DNA from: Candidatus Woesearchaeota archaeon | Lineage (GTDB): Archaea > Nanobdellota > Nanobdellia > Woesearchaeales > GW2011-AR4 | Length of the DNA: 64,000 nucleotides | Assembly (NCBI GenBank): GCA_016185755.1 | Contig: JACPMX010000010.1 | Location: 3,863-67,862 of the forward strand | Direction: 5' to 3' | Part shown: piece after piece, positions 45,786 through 54,859 of the stretch | Position numbering within the stretch: the first letter of the stretch is position 1 | Layout: every line of letters begins with the position of its first letter | The notes under the pieces: generated by a model | What the model was told of the DNA's origin: nothing | What the model saw: the letters and a program-made list of their open reading frames with translations, nothing else | The model's database searches: none | Program-made: the position numbers and the translations under genes

Positions 45786-46175
45786 ATGATGAACGACCCA
45801 TTAGCAACCATGATGTCATTGATTTTGAACAATGAGTCAGTAGGAAAATCAGAATGCCTGATAAAGCCGTCTTCAAAAATGATAAGGGAGCTGCTCAAAG
45901 TGATGAAAGAAAACGGCTATGTCGGAGAATTTGAAGAGGTGGAGGACAGCAGAGGCAACTACATCAGGCTCAGCCTGACCGGCAGCATAAACCGCTGCAA
46001 TGTCATAAAGCCAAGGTACAGCGTCAAAGGAACAGGATTTGAAAAATTTGAAAGAAGATACCTGCCGGCAAAAGATGTAGGCATTTTAGTGGTGTCAACG
46101 CCGAGGGGCATAATGACGCATTATGATGCCAAGGCAAAGAAAATAGGAGGAAGGCTTTTGGCCTATTGCTACTGA
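45786..46175 (+). CDS. rps8: 30S ribosomal protein S8
   Basis: KPSSK, IKPRY, STPRGIMTH, GGRLLAY. Confidence 0.98.
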   Translation: MMNDPLATMMSLILNNESVGKSECLIKPSSKMIRELLKVMKENGYVGEFEEVEDSRGNYIRLSLTGSINRCNVIKPRYSVKGTGFEKFERRYLPAKDVGILVVSTPRGIMTHYDAKAKKIGGRLLAYCY

Positions 46176-46176
46176 A

Positions 46177-46719
46177 ATGAAGGAAAAAATAACGAAAGAA
46201 ATTGAGCTGCCGGAAAATGCAGCGGCTTCTGTGAATGAAAAATTCATCACCATAAAAGGCCTCAAAGAAGTCAAAAGGGAGTTCAGCCAGCGCAGCGTTT
46301 CAATCAGGATAGAGGGCAGGAAGGTAGTGCTTGAATCGAGAAGCGGGACAAAAGAAGACAAGAAGATAATAGGCTCAATCGCAGCTCACATTAAAAACAT
46401 GATCAATGGCAGCCAGAGGGACCATACTTATACATTGAAGATCTGCTCCGGGCATTTTCCGATGAATGTCAGCGTTGCAGGCAGCAAATTCATAATCAAG
46501 AATTTTCTTGGAGAAAAGGTCCCGAGGACCCTTGATTTGAAGGCAGGCGCAGAAGTCAAAGTTGAGGGGGATATAATCCATGTCACAAGCCCGAACAAGG
46601 AAACAGCCGGCCAGGTAAGCGCAGACATAGAGCAGCTCACAAGAAGGCCGGGCTATGATACAAGGATATTCCAGGATGGCATTTACATAACAAACAAGGA
46701 TGGAAAAGAACTAAAATGA
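46177..46719 (+). CDS. rpl6: 50S ribosomal protein L6
   Basis: HFPM, NFLGEKVPR, RIFQDGIYI. Confidence 0.98.
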   Translation: MKEKITKEIELPENAAASVNEKFITIKGLKEVKREFSQRSVSIRIEGRKVVLESRSGTKEDKKIIGSIAAHIKNMINGSQRDHTYTLKICSGHFPMNVSVAGSKFIIKNFLGEKVPRTLDLKAGAEVKVEGDIIHVTSPNKETAGQVSADIEQLTRRPGYDTRIFQDGIYITNKDGKELK

Positions 46720-47273
46720 AGAGGCTTTTGGAAGTCAGGAAGGAATTGAAAGAGAGAAAGCCGGTTTTTATCAGGCAGGACAATCCCAAGAGGATGAAGC
46801 TCAATTACAAGTGGAGAAAGCCGAAAGGAATTCATTCAAAAATAAGGCACAAGTTCAAAGGAAGAAGAAAAATGCCGTCTCCTGGCTACAAGTCGCCAAG
46901 AAAAGTGAAAGGGCTGCACCATTCCGGGCTGAAAATGATTCATGTTTTTTCCGCCAGCGATGTATCAGGAATAAAAAAGGAAAGCGAGGGGATAATAATG
47001 CCAAAATCAGTCGGCATGAGGAAAAGGCTGGGGATACTGGAAAAGGCAAAAGAGCTCAATATCATGGTTCTCAACATAAATGCTGACGAGCACATGGCAA
47101 AAATAAAAGATTTTGTAAGCTCGAAGAGGAAAGGGCAAAAGGCCGCAAAGAAAGAGGAAGTTAAAGAGCTTAAAGAACAGAAAAAGCAGGAAAAGAACCC
47201 CGAGCTAAGCGACGAGCAGAAAAAAGAGGAAGAGAAGAAAGAAAAGAACAGGATATTGACCAAGAAGGTTTAA
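46716..47273 (+). CDS. rpl32e: 50S ribosomal protein L32e with K/E-rich C-terminal extension
   Basis: KPVFIRQ, WRKPKGIHSK, PSPGYKSP. Confidence 0.96.
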   Translation: MKRLLEVRKELKERKPVFIRQDNPKRMKLNYKWRKPKGIHSKIRHKFKGRRKMPSPGYKSPRKVKGLHHSGLKMIHVFSASDVSGIKKESEGIIMPKSVGMRKRLGILEKAKELNIMVLNINADEHMAKIKDFVSSKRKGQKAAKKEEVKELKEQKKQEKNPELSDEQKKEEEKKEKNRILTKKV

Positions 47274-47274
47274 A

Positions 47275-47730
47275 ATGCTTGATGTACAAAGAAGACTGGC
47301 TGCCAAAATTTTAAAATGCGGCAGGAACAGGATAAGGTTTGACCCCGGCAGGCTGGATGAAATAAAAGAGGCAATAACGAAAACCGACATAAGGTCGCTA
47401 ATCAGCAACGGGGCAATCTCCAGAAAAAGAGTGCTGAGCACCTCAAGGTTCTGGGCAAGGAAAAAAGCGGCGCAAAAGGCATCAGGCAGGCAAAAAGGGT
47501 TTGGATCCAGAAAGGGAAAAAAGACGGCAAGGCTCGAGCCTAAGAGGGAATGGATAAACAAGATAAGGCTGCAGAGGGGATTCATCAAGTCATTGAGGGA
47601 CAATGAGCAGATATCCGATGAGGCGTACCATGAGCTTTACGCCAAAAGCAAAGGGGGATTTTTCAGGAGCCTGAGGCACCTGAAGCTTTATACAAAAGAG
47701 AGGGAAATGGTCAAAAATGAAGCAAGGTAA
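47275..47730 (+). CDS. rpl19e: 50S ribosomal protein L19e
   Basis: QRRLAAKILKCG, GSRKGKKTAR, KSKGGFF. Confidence 0.97.
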   Translation: MLDVQRRLAAKILKCGRNRIRFDPGRLDEIKEAITKTDIRSLISNGAISRKRVLSTSRFWARKKAAQKASGRQKGFGSRKGKKTARLEPKREWINKIRLQRGFIKSLRDNEQISDEAYHELYAKSKGGFFRSLRHLKLYTKEREMVKNEAR

Positions 47731-48295
47731 AGTTTTCACAGTTCCTTTCAGGAGAAAAAGGCAGGGAAGGACATACTACAAGAAAAGGATAAGGATACTT
47801 TTATCAAATAAGTACCGGTTTGTAGTCAGGAAATCCCTTAAAAATTTCCAGGCATCGGTGATAGAATACAGCCCAAAAGGCGACAAAGTGCTGCTCACGA
47901 TAAACTCAAATGCCCTGGGCAAGATCGGATGGAAAGGAAGCAGCGGGAACCTGCCAAGCGCATATTTGATAGGCCTTCTCGCAGGCAAAAAGGCAATTGA
48001 AAAAGGAGTCAAAGACGCAATACTTGACCTGGGATTCAACAATTCCGTCAAGGGATCCAGGCTGTACGCAGCGCTTGCAGGAGCGATAGATGCAGGATTA
48101 AAAATACCGTTCAATCCGGAGGTCCTTCCGCCAAAGGAAAGGATCGAGGGGGAGCATATAGCAAAATATGCCCAGCAGCTGAAGAATGACAAGCAGAAAT
48201 ACGATGCCCAGTTTTCAGATTATATAAAGAAAGGAGTCAGTCCGGAAAATATAGCAAAACATTTCAATGAGATCAAGGGGAAAATACATGGCTAA
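47717..48295 (+). CDS. rpl18: 50S ribosomal protein L18
   Basis: PFRRKRQGRTYY, NLPSAYLIG, ILDLG. Confidence 0.97.
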   Translation: MKQGKVFTVPFRRKRQGRTYYKKRIRILLSNKYRFVVRKSLKNFQASVIEYSPKGDKVLLTINSNALGKIGWKGSSGNLPSAYLIGLLAGKKAIEKGVKDAILDLGFNNSVKGSRLYAALAGAIDAGLKIPFNPEVLPPKERIEGEHIAKYAQQLKNDKQKYDAQFSDYIKKGVSPENIAKHFNEIKGKIHG

Positions 48296-49169
48296 GAAAA
48301 AAGAAGAAAAGCCCGAGGAAAAAGAAGTAAAAGTCGAGGCAGTAAAGGTAGAAGAGATTCAGGAGGAAGAGGCAATAATAGAAAAGCCGAAAGAAGGACT
48401 TGCCACAGAAATGGGCGAGGTCAAGGAGCTTGAAGAAGAGATTGTAGAAGAAGTCAAAAAGAAAGGCGCTTTCGAAAAAGAATCATGGAAGCCAAAAACT
48501 TCGCTTGGCATCAGGGTAAAAGCCGGCGAGGTCAGGGATATCAATTATGTGCTGGACAGCAGAATAAAGATACTGGAGCCGGAGATTGTCGATGCCCTGC
48601 TGCCGAACCTCACAACAGACTTGCTAATGATCGGCCAGTCAAAGGGAAAATTCGGCGGCGGCCAAAAAAGGATTTTCAAGCAGACGCAGAAAAAAACGCA
48701 GGAAGGGAATAAGCCGAATTTTGCAACATTCGCTGTTACAGGAAATGAAGACGGCTATGTAGGCGTGGGGTACGGCAAATCAAGGGAAACCGTACCTGCA
48801 AGAGAAAAGGCGATAAGGCAGGCAAAGCTCAAAGTCATAAAGATAAGGAGAGGCTGCGGAAACTGGAGATGCGGCTGCGGCGAAGCCCACACAGTCCCAT
48901 TCATGGTAAAGGGAAAAGCAGGCTCTGTTGAAATCACACTCATACCTGCACCTAAAGGGACAGGCCTGATAGTTGAGAAGGAATGCCAGAAGATACTTAA
49001 GCTGGCTGGCATAAAAGACATTTGGTCAAGGACAGAAGGCCAGACAAGAAGCAAGCTTAACCTGTTGTACGCATGCTTCGACGCATTGCAAAAGCTCATG
49101 CAGTTCAAGATGAACAACAAAAGCGCAGGAATGCTTAGCGTTGCAGAAGGCTCGCTGAAGGCAGCATAA
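48288..49169 (+). CDS. rps5: 30S ribosomal protein S5 with acidic N-terminal extension
   Basis: WKPKTSLG, GNEDGYVGVG, PAPKGTGL; start moved to 48288. Confidence 0.97.
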   Translation: MAKKKEEKPEEKEVKVEAVKVEEIQEEEAIIEKPKEGLATEMGEVKELEEEIVEEVKKKGAFEKESWKPKTSLGIRVKAGEVRDINYVLDSRIKILEPEIVDALLPNLTTDLLMIGQSKGKFGGGQKRIFKQTQKKTQEGNKPNFATFAVTGNEDGYVGVGYGKSRETVPAREKAIRQAKLKVIKIRRGCGNWRCGCGEAHTVPFMVKGKAGSVEITLIPAPKGTGLIVEKECQKILKLAGIKDIWSRTEGQTRSKLNLLYACFDALQKLMQFKMNNKSAGMLSVAEGSLKAA

Positions 49170-49171
49170 AA

Positions 49172-49612
49172 ATGGACAAAAAGGAAAAACAGCTGGCAGC
49201 AGTCAGGGTAAGGGGAATAACAGAAATAAGGGTCAAGGTAGAAGACACTTTAAGAATGCTCAGGCTTTACAGGAAAAATTATTGTGCAGTTATCCCCGGT
49301 AATGAGACTTACCTTGGCATGCTAAAAATGGCGAAAGACTACATCACATGGGGTGAGATTGACGACGAAACTTTCAGGATTTTAGTAGACAAAAGAGGGG
49401 AAGCCTTTAACGGAAAAGAAAAAGACTCCAGGGGAAAGATAAACTACAATGACTTTGTTGTTGTTGGCAATAAAAAAATAAAGAAATATTTCAGGCTAAG
49501 CCCGCCGGTAAAGGGATTTGGAAGGAAAGGAATAAAGCACTCTTTCCAGCAGGGCGGCGCCCTTGGCTACAGGGGAGATAAAATAAACGATTTGATCAGG
49601 AGGATGGTTTAA
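49172..49612 (+). CDS. rpl30: 50S ribosomal protein L30
   Basis: AAVRVRG, KDYITWGE, RLSPPVKGF, GYRG. Confidence 0.97.
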   Translation: MDKKEKQLAAVRVRGITEIRVKVEDTLRMLRLYRKNYCAVIPGNETYLGMLKMAKDYITWGEIDDETFRILVDKRGEAFNGKEKDSRGKINYNDFVVVGNKKIKKYFRLSPPVKGFGRKGIKHSFQQGGALGYRGDKINDLIRRMV

Positions 49613-49933
49613 ATGTTAAATGAATTAGAAGTAGCAGATTTTATCCAAATGGATTATCAGAATAAGGAAAGAAGAATGGGTTACCATGCTTTTGTTAGTG
49701 GGGACGCATCCGCACAAGAAACCGTGCCTCATGCAAGAGCAGCGATTTTAAGAGCATTAAGAATTATATATGAAGTCCCAACAAGCGATGCGGAATTCGC
49801 TGAACTCATGGCTCGGGAAATGTGCAGCCGGCCAGGCTTTCCAACAGATGAGGTTGTGGAAAGGGCATTAGTTTTAGCCAGGCCTAAATTAGAACAATTA
49901 GAAAGTAGGTTAGTAATTAATGTTGAAAAATAA
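49613..49933 (+). CDS. Hypothetical protein inserted between rpl30 and rpl15
   Basis: 106-aa open frame starting immediately after the rpl30 stop; no recognised motif. Confidence 0.6.
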   Translation: MLNELEVADFIQMDYQNKERRMGYHAFVSGDASAQETVPHARAAILRALRIIYEVPTSDAEFAELMAREMCSRPGFPTDEVVERALVLARPKLEQLESRLVINVEK

Positions 49934-49960
49934 ATTGATAAAAATTGTAAGTAATCTAAA

Positions 49961-50413
49961 ATGACAGTCAACAAAAGAAAAAAAAATACAAGGCAGCGCG
50001 GCTACAAGACGCACGGCTGGGGCTCCAAGAAGAAGCACAGGGGGCAGGGCCATAGGGGGGGAAGAGGATTGGCCGGCACCGGGAAAAGGTCAGACGCGAA
50101 AAAACCAAGCTACTGGAAAGAAGACTATTTCGGAAAATACGGATTTGTGAGCAAAACACCCGGCATAAAGATAAGCGCAGTCAACATCAGATTCATCGAG
50201 CAGCATTTTAACAAATTCCTTTCAGGCAAGCTGGTATCCCATGAAGGCGGATTTTATATTGTTGAGCTTGAAAAGCTTGGATTCAACAAGCTGTTGGGTG
50301 ATGGAAAAGTTTCCATGAAATTCAGGATAAAAACCCCGTATGCCTCAAAAGCAGCTGTAGAAAAAGTCAAGCAGGCCGGCGGCGAAGTCATAGGCCTGGC
50401 AGAGTCAAAATAA
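49961..50413 (+). CDS. rpl15: 50S ribosomal protein L15
   Basis: THGWG..HRGQGHRGGRG, KLLGDG. Confidence 0.97.
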   Translation: MTVNKRKKNTRQRGYKTHGWGSKKKHRGQGHRGGRGLAGTGKRSDAKKPSYWKEDYFGKYGFVSKTPGIKISAVNIRFIEQHFNKFLSGKLVSHEGGFYIVELEKLGFNKLLGDGKVSMKFRIKTPYASKAAVEKVKQAGGEVIGLAESK

Positions 50414-50443
50414 TTTTAAATCATAGCATACACTGAAACAAAA

Positions 50444-51847
50444 ATGTCTGTCTGGAATTCGATAATCTCCAATCTGCCGGAAGTTGAAGGACCTACGCAA
50501 AAAACGCTTTCTTTCAGGGAGAAATTAAAGTGGACTGGGATTGTGCTTGTGATATTCTTCGTGCTCGGGCTTCTGCCCTTGTTCGGCCTTGGGATAAACG
50601 CCCTTGAGAGATTTGAGACCTTGTCTATAATCCTTGGGGCAGAATTCGGGTCGATAATATCGCTTGGAATAGGGCCCATCGTAACGGCATCCATTGTTCT
50701 GCAGCTGCTCAACGGCTCAGGAATATGGAAATTTGACCTGACAAATCCTGATGGCAAAAGGACGTTCCAGGGGACTCAAAAGCTGCTCGCATTGTTTTTC
50801 ATAATTTTTGAGAGCTCAATCTACGTGTTTTTAGGCGGCCTTGCCCCGGCAGAGCAGTTCATCGGGACTGGATTTTATTTCCAGCTGCAGCTGATACTGA
50901 TATTCCAGCTTTTCCTTGGAGGGCTTTTGATATTGTTTTTGGACGAAGTCGTAAGCAAATGGGGTTTCGGCTCGGGAATCAGCCTTTTCATAGCGGCAGG
51001 TGTGAGCAAGAGCATTTTCCTGCAGGCATTCAACTGGATTGTGCCATCCGGCTCGACTTATCCTCCCGGGGCGATACCTGCATTTTTCGTGAGCCTTGTC
51101 AACGGAGATGTTACAACAGCATTGATAATGGCAGCTGCAGTCATTGCAACAATACTTGTTTTTGTCATTGCAGTTTACGCCCAGGCAATGAAGGTTGAAA
51201 TCCCCCTGTCATTTGGAATGGTCAGGGGGCATGGAATAAGGTGGCCATTGTCGTTCATTTATACTTCTAACATTCCGGTCATTTTAGTTGCTGCGCTGAT
51301 TGCTAACTTCCAGCTTTGGGGGAGGCTCCTGCAGAATGCAGGCTGGCCATTGCTCGGGAGCTTCAGCTCTTCATCAGGCCAGCCGGTCTCGGGATTTGTT
51401 TACTGGCTCCAGGGCCCGGACATTGTGAGGAGCATAATACAGCAGCATACACTGCTTATTGGCTTGGCCCCATATTTGCAGGCACTGTTTTACATGTTTT
51501 TCTTCATACTTGGAAGCGTGGTGTTCAGCATATTTTGGGTGCAGACAGCAGGCATGGATTCAAGATCACAGGCCCAGCAGATGATTTCAAGCGGCCTGCA
51601 GATTCCAGGGTTCAGGAAAGATGAAAGGGTTCTGGAAAGGCTTTTGAACAGGTACATCTGGCCATTGACTATAATGGGCGGGATAACCGTGGGATTTCTT
51701 GCCGCGTTTGCAGACCTGACAGGCGCACTGGGAAGCGGAACAGGGATATTGCTTACTGTGATGATTGTTTATAGGCTTTACGAGGACATAGCAAGGCAGC
51801 ACATGATGGACATGAATCCCATGATGAGAAAGTTCATGGGTGGCTAA
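50444..51847 (+). CDS. secY: Preprotein translocase SecY
   Basis: LGIGPIVTASIVLQLL, KWGFGSGISLFI, YTSNIPVIL, GTGILLTV. Confidence 0.99.
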   Translation: MSVWNSIISNLPEVEGPTQKTLSFREKLKWTGIVLVIFFVLGLLPLFGLGINALERFETLSIILGAEFGSIISLGIGPIVTASIVLQLLNGSGIWKFDLTNPDGKRTFQGTQKLLALFFIIFESSIYVFLGGLAPAEQFIGTGFYFQLQLILIFQLFLGGLLILFLDEVVSKWGFGSGISLFIAAGVSKSIFLQAFNWIVPSGSTYPPGAIPAFFVSLVNGDVTTALIMAAAVIATILVFVIAVYAQAMKVEIPLSFGMVRGHGIRWPLSFIYTSNIPVILVAALIANFQLWGRLLQNAGWPLLGSFSSSSGQPVSGFVYWLQGPDIVRSIIQQHTLLIGLAPYLQALFYMFFFILGSVVFSIFWVQTAGMDSRSQAQQMISSGLQIPGFRKDERVLERLLNRYIWPLTIMGGITVGFLAAFADLTGALGSGTGILLTVMIVYRLYEDIARQHMMDMNPMMRKFMGG

Positions 51848-52594
51848 ATGGCATACTACGATTTTCTTAACATTATTTTTGCCCCGCTGCTTAAGCTGCC
51901 AGTATTGTGGGCAGTCATCCTTTTGTCTTTTATCGTTTCCGTGATCATAATTGTAATCACAAAGTACACAACCAATCAGACTTTGATGAAAAAGCTGAAG
52001 GACGACATGAAAGACTACCAAAAGCAGATCAAGGAGCTGAAAGGAAACCCTTCAAAAGCGATGGAAGTGCAAAAAAAGGCGATGGAATTGAACATGAAAT
52101 ACATGATGCATTCTTTGAAGCCTACAATAATAACATTCATCCCGATAATCCTGATATTCGGCTGGATGAGCTCTACCTTCGCATATGAAGGCATAAAGCC
52201 CGGCCAGGAATTTTCAGTCACAGCCATTTTTGAAAAGAATGCAGCGGGCAACGCCGAATTGATAGCTCCTGAAGGAATAACGCTGAATGGTGAAAAAGCC
52301 CAAAAAATCGAGGATAGCCAATCCACATGGAAACTTAAAGGAGAGGAAGGGCTGCACACCCTTGAAATTAGCTATAATGATGAAAAACAGCAGAAGGATG
52401 TCTTGATAACAAATTCTGAAAAATACATTGAGCCAACAAAAAAAACCGAGGGACAAATTAAGTCAATACAGATAGGCTACAAGCCAAAGAAAATACTTAA
52501 CCTGCTTGGATGGAAGCTAGGATGGCTTGGCACTTATATAATATTCTCAATAATATTCACAATGGCATTAAGAAAGCTGTTGAAGGTTTATTGA
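51848..52594 (+). CDS. DUF106 / EMC3-TMCO1 family membrane protein (Oxa1 superfamily)
   Basis: TM-coiled coil-TM, KPTIITFIP, GWLGTYIIFS; conserved position after secY. Confidence 0.9.
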   Translation: MAYYDFLNIIFAPLLKLPVLWAVILLSFIVSVIIIVITKYTTNQTLMKKLKDDMKDYQKQIKELKGNPSKAMEVQKKAMELNMKYMMHSLKPTIITFIPIILIFGWMSSTFAYEGIKPGQEFSVTAIFEKNAAGNAELIAPEGITLNGEKAQKIEDSQSTWKLKGEEGLHTLEISYNDEKQQKDVLITNSEKYIEPTKKTEGQIKSIQIGYKPKKILNLLGWKLGWLGTYIIFSIIFTMALRKLLKVY

Positions 52595-52595
52595 T

Positions 52596-53066
52596 TTACT
52601 CCTTAAAGTAGTGCTTAACCACTTCAGAAAATTTTTCTATTATTTTTGAATCAATTTTAGTGTACCTATCAGTCTCTAATGGAAACAATTTCTCTGTTTT
52701 TAGAAAATTCTCTATGTAGTTTATCAAAAAATGAGGCTTTGTGGGTATTACCAATAGGATTCTGGCTTCTTTCCAAAATTCAGCATATTTGTTTAATCTG
52801 CTCTTTTGTATATCGCCGTTGCCTGAATATTTGACTTCAATTAGCTGGACAGACCCACTTGGGCTCACAACAAGAAAATCCGGAATGCTCTTTATTCTTT
52901 CAAGCGTGTCGCTGCCTTGAAGCTCTCTTCTGTTTTGGGATAAATTTTCAAGAACAGCTTCGTACCCAAACCTATAAACCATGTATCCGCTTTTCTTAAA
53001 CATCTCTTCAATTAAAGTCTCAGCAATCCGACCTTTAACTACATTAGAAGCAAAGTCATATCCCAT
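52596..53066 (-). CDS. PD-(D/E)xK superfamily nuclease-like protein
   Basis: KGRIAE..GYMV..PDFLVV..IEVKY catalytic pattern. Confidence 0.75.
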   Translation of the reverse strand: MGYDFASNVVKGRIAETLIEEMFKKSGYMVYRFGYEAVLENLSQNRRELQGSDTLERIKSIPDFLVVSPSGSVQLIEVKYSGNGDIQKSRLNKYAEFWKEARILLVIPTKPHFLINYIENFLKTEKLFPLETDRYTKIDSKIIEKFSEVVKHYFKE

Positions 53067-53067
53067 T

Positions 53068-53559
53068 TTAGGTGCAAATCCCTATTTTCTCGGCCTTGAT
53101 TGAATTCTTCGGGCAGATTTCTGTGGATTGCCCTGATTTTACCTTCGGTATGAACTGCACCTGCTTTATGTTGCCGAACATTGAGAAATCGTATGTAACT
53201 TCCTTGTCCTTCTTGTCGTATAATGAGCCTTTCCTGATTAGGATATTGTCAATGTCAAAAAGCCTTGTTCCCTTGTCCCCTACAATCCAGATTGCAAGCC
53301 CGCTGATATCCATATTTCCCGTGTTGTCAAGTATGAAGTTTATGTAGCCGTTTTGGCCAAACCCCCCGAAGCAGACTTCCCCAACATCAAGGTCTCTTGT
53401 CTTGATTTCAACGCCCCTGCACAAGTCCGTGGATTTCCCAAGATTAAGGTTCAGGCCCCAGTTCATCACGACAGAGCCGAGGGCAACGGCAAAAGCTATG
53501 AGAAGCACAGTGGCTATTAATGGCGATACCCCTTTTTTTGAACTGTAAAATTTTAGCAT
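53068..53559 (-). CDS. Canonical archaeal type IV pilin / archaellin-like protein
   Basis: SKKG|VSPLIATVLLIAFAVALG; NTG motif. Confidence 0.9.
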   Translation of the reverse strand: MLKFYSSKKGVSPLIATVLLIAFAVALGSVVMNWGLNLNLGKSTDLCRGVEIKTRDLDVGEVCFGGFGQNGYINFILDNTGNMDISGLAIWIVGDKGTRLFDIDNILIRKGSLYDKKDKEVTYDFSMFGNIKQVQFIPKVKSGQSTEICPKNSIKAEKIGICT

Positions 53560-53636
53560 ATCTTCAAATTTGCTTTGAAGTATTCATATTTAAACATTAT
53601 GCTAACCTTTTTAAATAGCTAAACTTTCCCAAGACC

Positions 53637-53900
53637 ATGCCAAAGCCAAGTTTAAGGTCGAGGAGCCTTAGAAGGGTATTCAGGAAAGTGCCTGGAAACA
53701 GGGTTAGCCTGCAATACAAGAAAAAGAAGCCGAAATCCGCAAGATGCGGAGGCTGCGGCGCCGTGCTGAAGGGCGTTCCAAGAGAGCTTCCTTTCAGGAT
53801 GAGAAACATGGCCAAGACAAAGAAGAGGCCTGAAAGGCCGTTTGGCGGAGTCTTGTGCAGCAGATGCATGAGGCAGCAGATAGTCAGTAAAATAAGATAA
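53637..53900 (+). CDS. rpl34e: 50S ribosomal protein L34e
   Basis: CGGC..LKGVPR..RPERPFGGVLCSRC. Confidence 0.97.
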   Translation: MPKPSLRSRSLRRVFRKVPGNRVSLQYKKKKPKSARCGGCGAVLKGVPRELPFRMRNMAKTKKRPERPFGGVLCSRCMRQQIVSKIR

Positions 53901-54025
53901 ATTTCATAATATTAATGAATATTTGCCGAAGGCAGATTGAATTAGCAAAATAAAATATAAGAATTAACAAAGAAATCACTTGGGCAGATGGTGACACTGC
54001 TCGTTTAGGGTGATCGGAGGGAAAA

Positions 54026-54547
54026 ATGATTGAAATCGGAAGATTGGTTGTTAAGACTGCTGGAAGAGATGCTGGAAAAAAAGCAGTCATAGTTGATATT
54101 CTTGATGACAAGTTTGTTCTTCTGGACGGCGAGACAAGAAGAAGGAAATGCAATGTCGTCCATATTGAATCTCTTGACAAAGTCCTGAAGATAGAAAAGA
54201 ATGCCGGTCATGACGCTGTCGCCGAAGCACTGAAAGAGCTGGGCATAGAGGCAAGAGTCTCAAAGCCGAAGCAAAAGACAGCAAGGCCAAAGGCAAAGAG
54301 AAAGACACAGGAGCAGATAAGGGAGCAGAAAGAAGAAAAGAGAAAGCTAATGGATGTTTTCAGGCCAAAGAAGAAAGATGAGAAGGCTGAGAAAGAAGAG
54401 TCTTTGGAAGCGAAGGCAGGCTTAACAGAGGAGAAAGAAGAAGCAAAACCGGAAGAAAAGAAGACAACTGAGAAAGCAGAAAAACCGAAAGAAACAAAGC
54501 CGAAGAAACTTTCTCCAAAGAAAACCGCTCCAAAGAAAAAGGAGTGA
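54026..54547 (+). CDS. rpl14e: 50S ribosomal protein L14e with long K/E-rich tail
   Basis: IEIGRLVVKTAGRDAGK..RRKCNVVHIE. Confidence 0.95.
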   Translation: MIEIGRLVVKTAGRDAGKKAVIVDILDDKFVLLDGETRRRKCNVVHIESLDKVLKIEKNAGHDAVAEALKELGIEARVSKPKQKTARPKAKRKTQEQIREQKEEKRKLMDVFRPKKKDEKAEKEESLEAKAGLTEEKEEAKPEEKKTTEKAEKPKETKPKKLSPKKTAPKKKE

Positions 54548-54553
54548 TTTTAT

Positions 54554-54859
54554 TTATTTTAATAATTTATCATAATTTTCTTCAATTTTTTTATTTATGC
54601 CTTTTAACTTATCAGTTCTGGATTTGATAGGGTTTTTAAATATATAGCCTAATATACCCAATAAAAGAAAATAAAATGAGGCTGCAAATCCTTTACTTAA
54701 TAGTGTATCTACTGCTATAATAACTGATACACCAATTGCAGCAATCCCAATAGTAATCGTCACTGAATATATCAAAAACTTATCTATTTCAAATTGTAAA
54801 GTATCTTTATCATGTTTAAGTTTCTCAATAATTATTTTTATTTCCTTTGAGTTTTTCAT
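54554..54859 (-). CDS. Small two-TM hypothetical membrane protein
   Basis: Two hydrophobic helices; AT-rich; ATGA overlap with pheT stop. Confidence 0.6.
   Translation of the reverse strand: MKNSKEIKIIIEKLKHDKDTLQFEIDKFLIYSVTITIGIAAIGVSVIIAVDTLLSKGFAASFYFLLLGILGYIFKNPIKSRTDKLKGINKKIEENYDKLLK

Noticed and set aside
54250-54547. K/E-rich repetitive tails in L14e, L32e and the adhesin
   Set aside because: Low-complexity coding sequence without exact tandem units.
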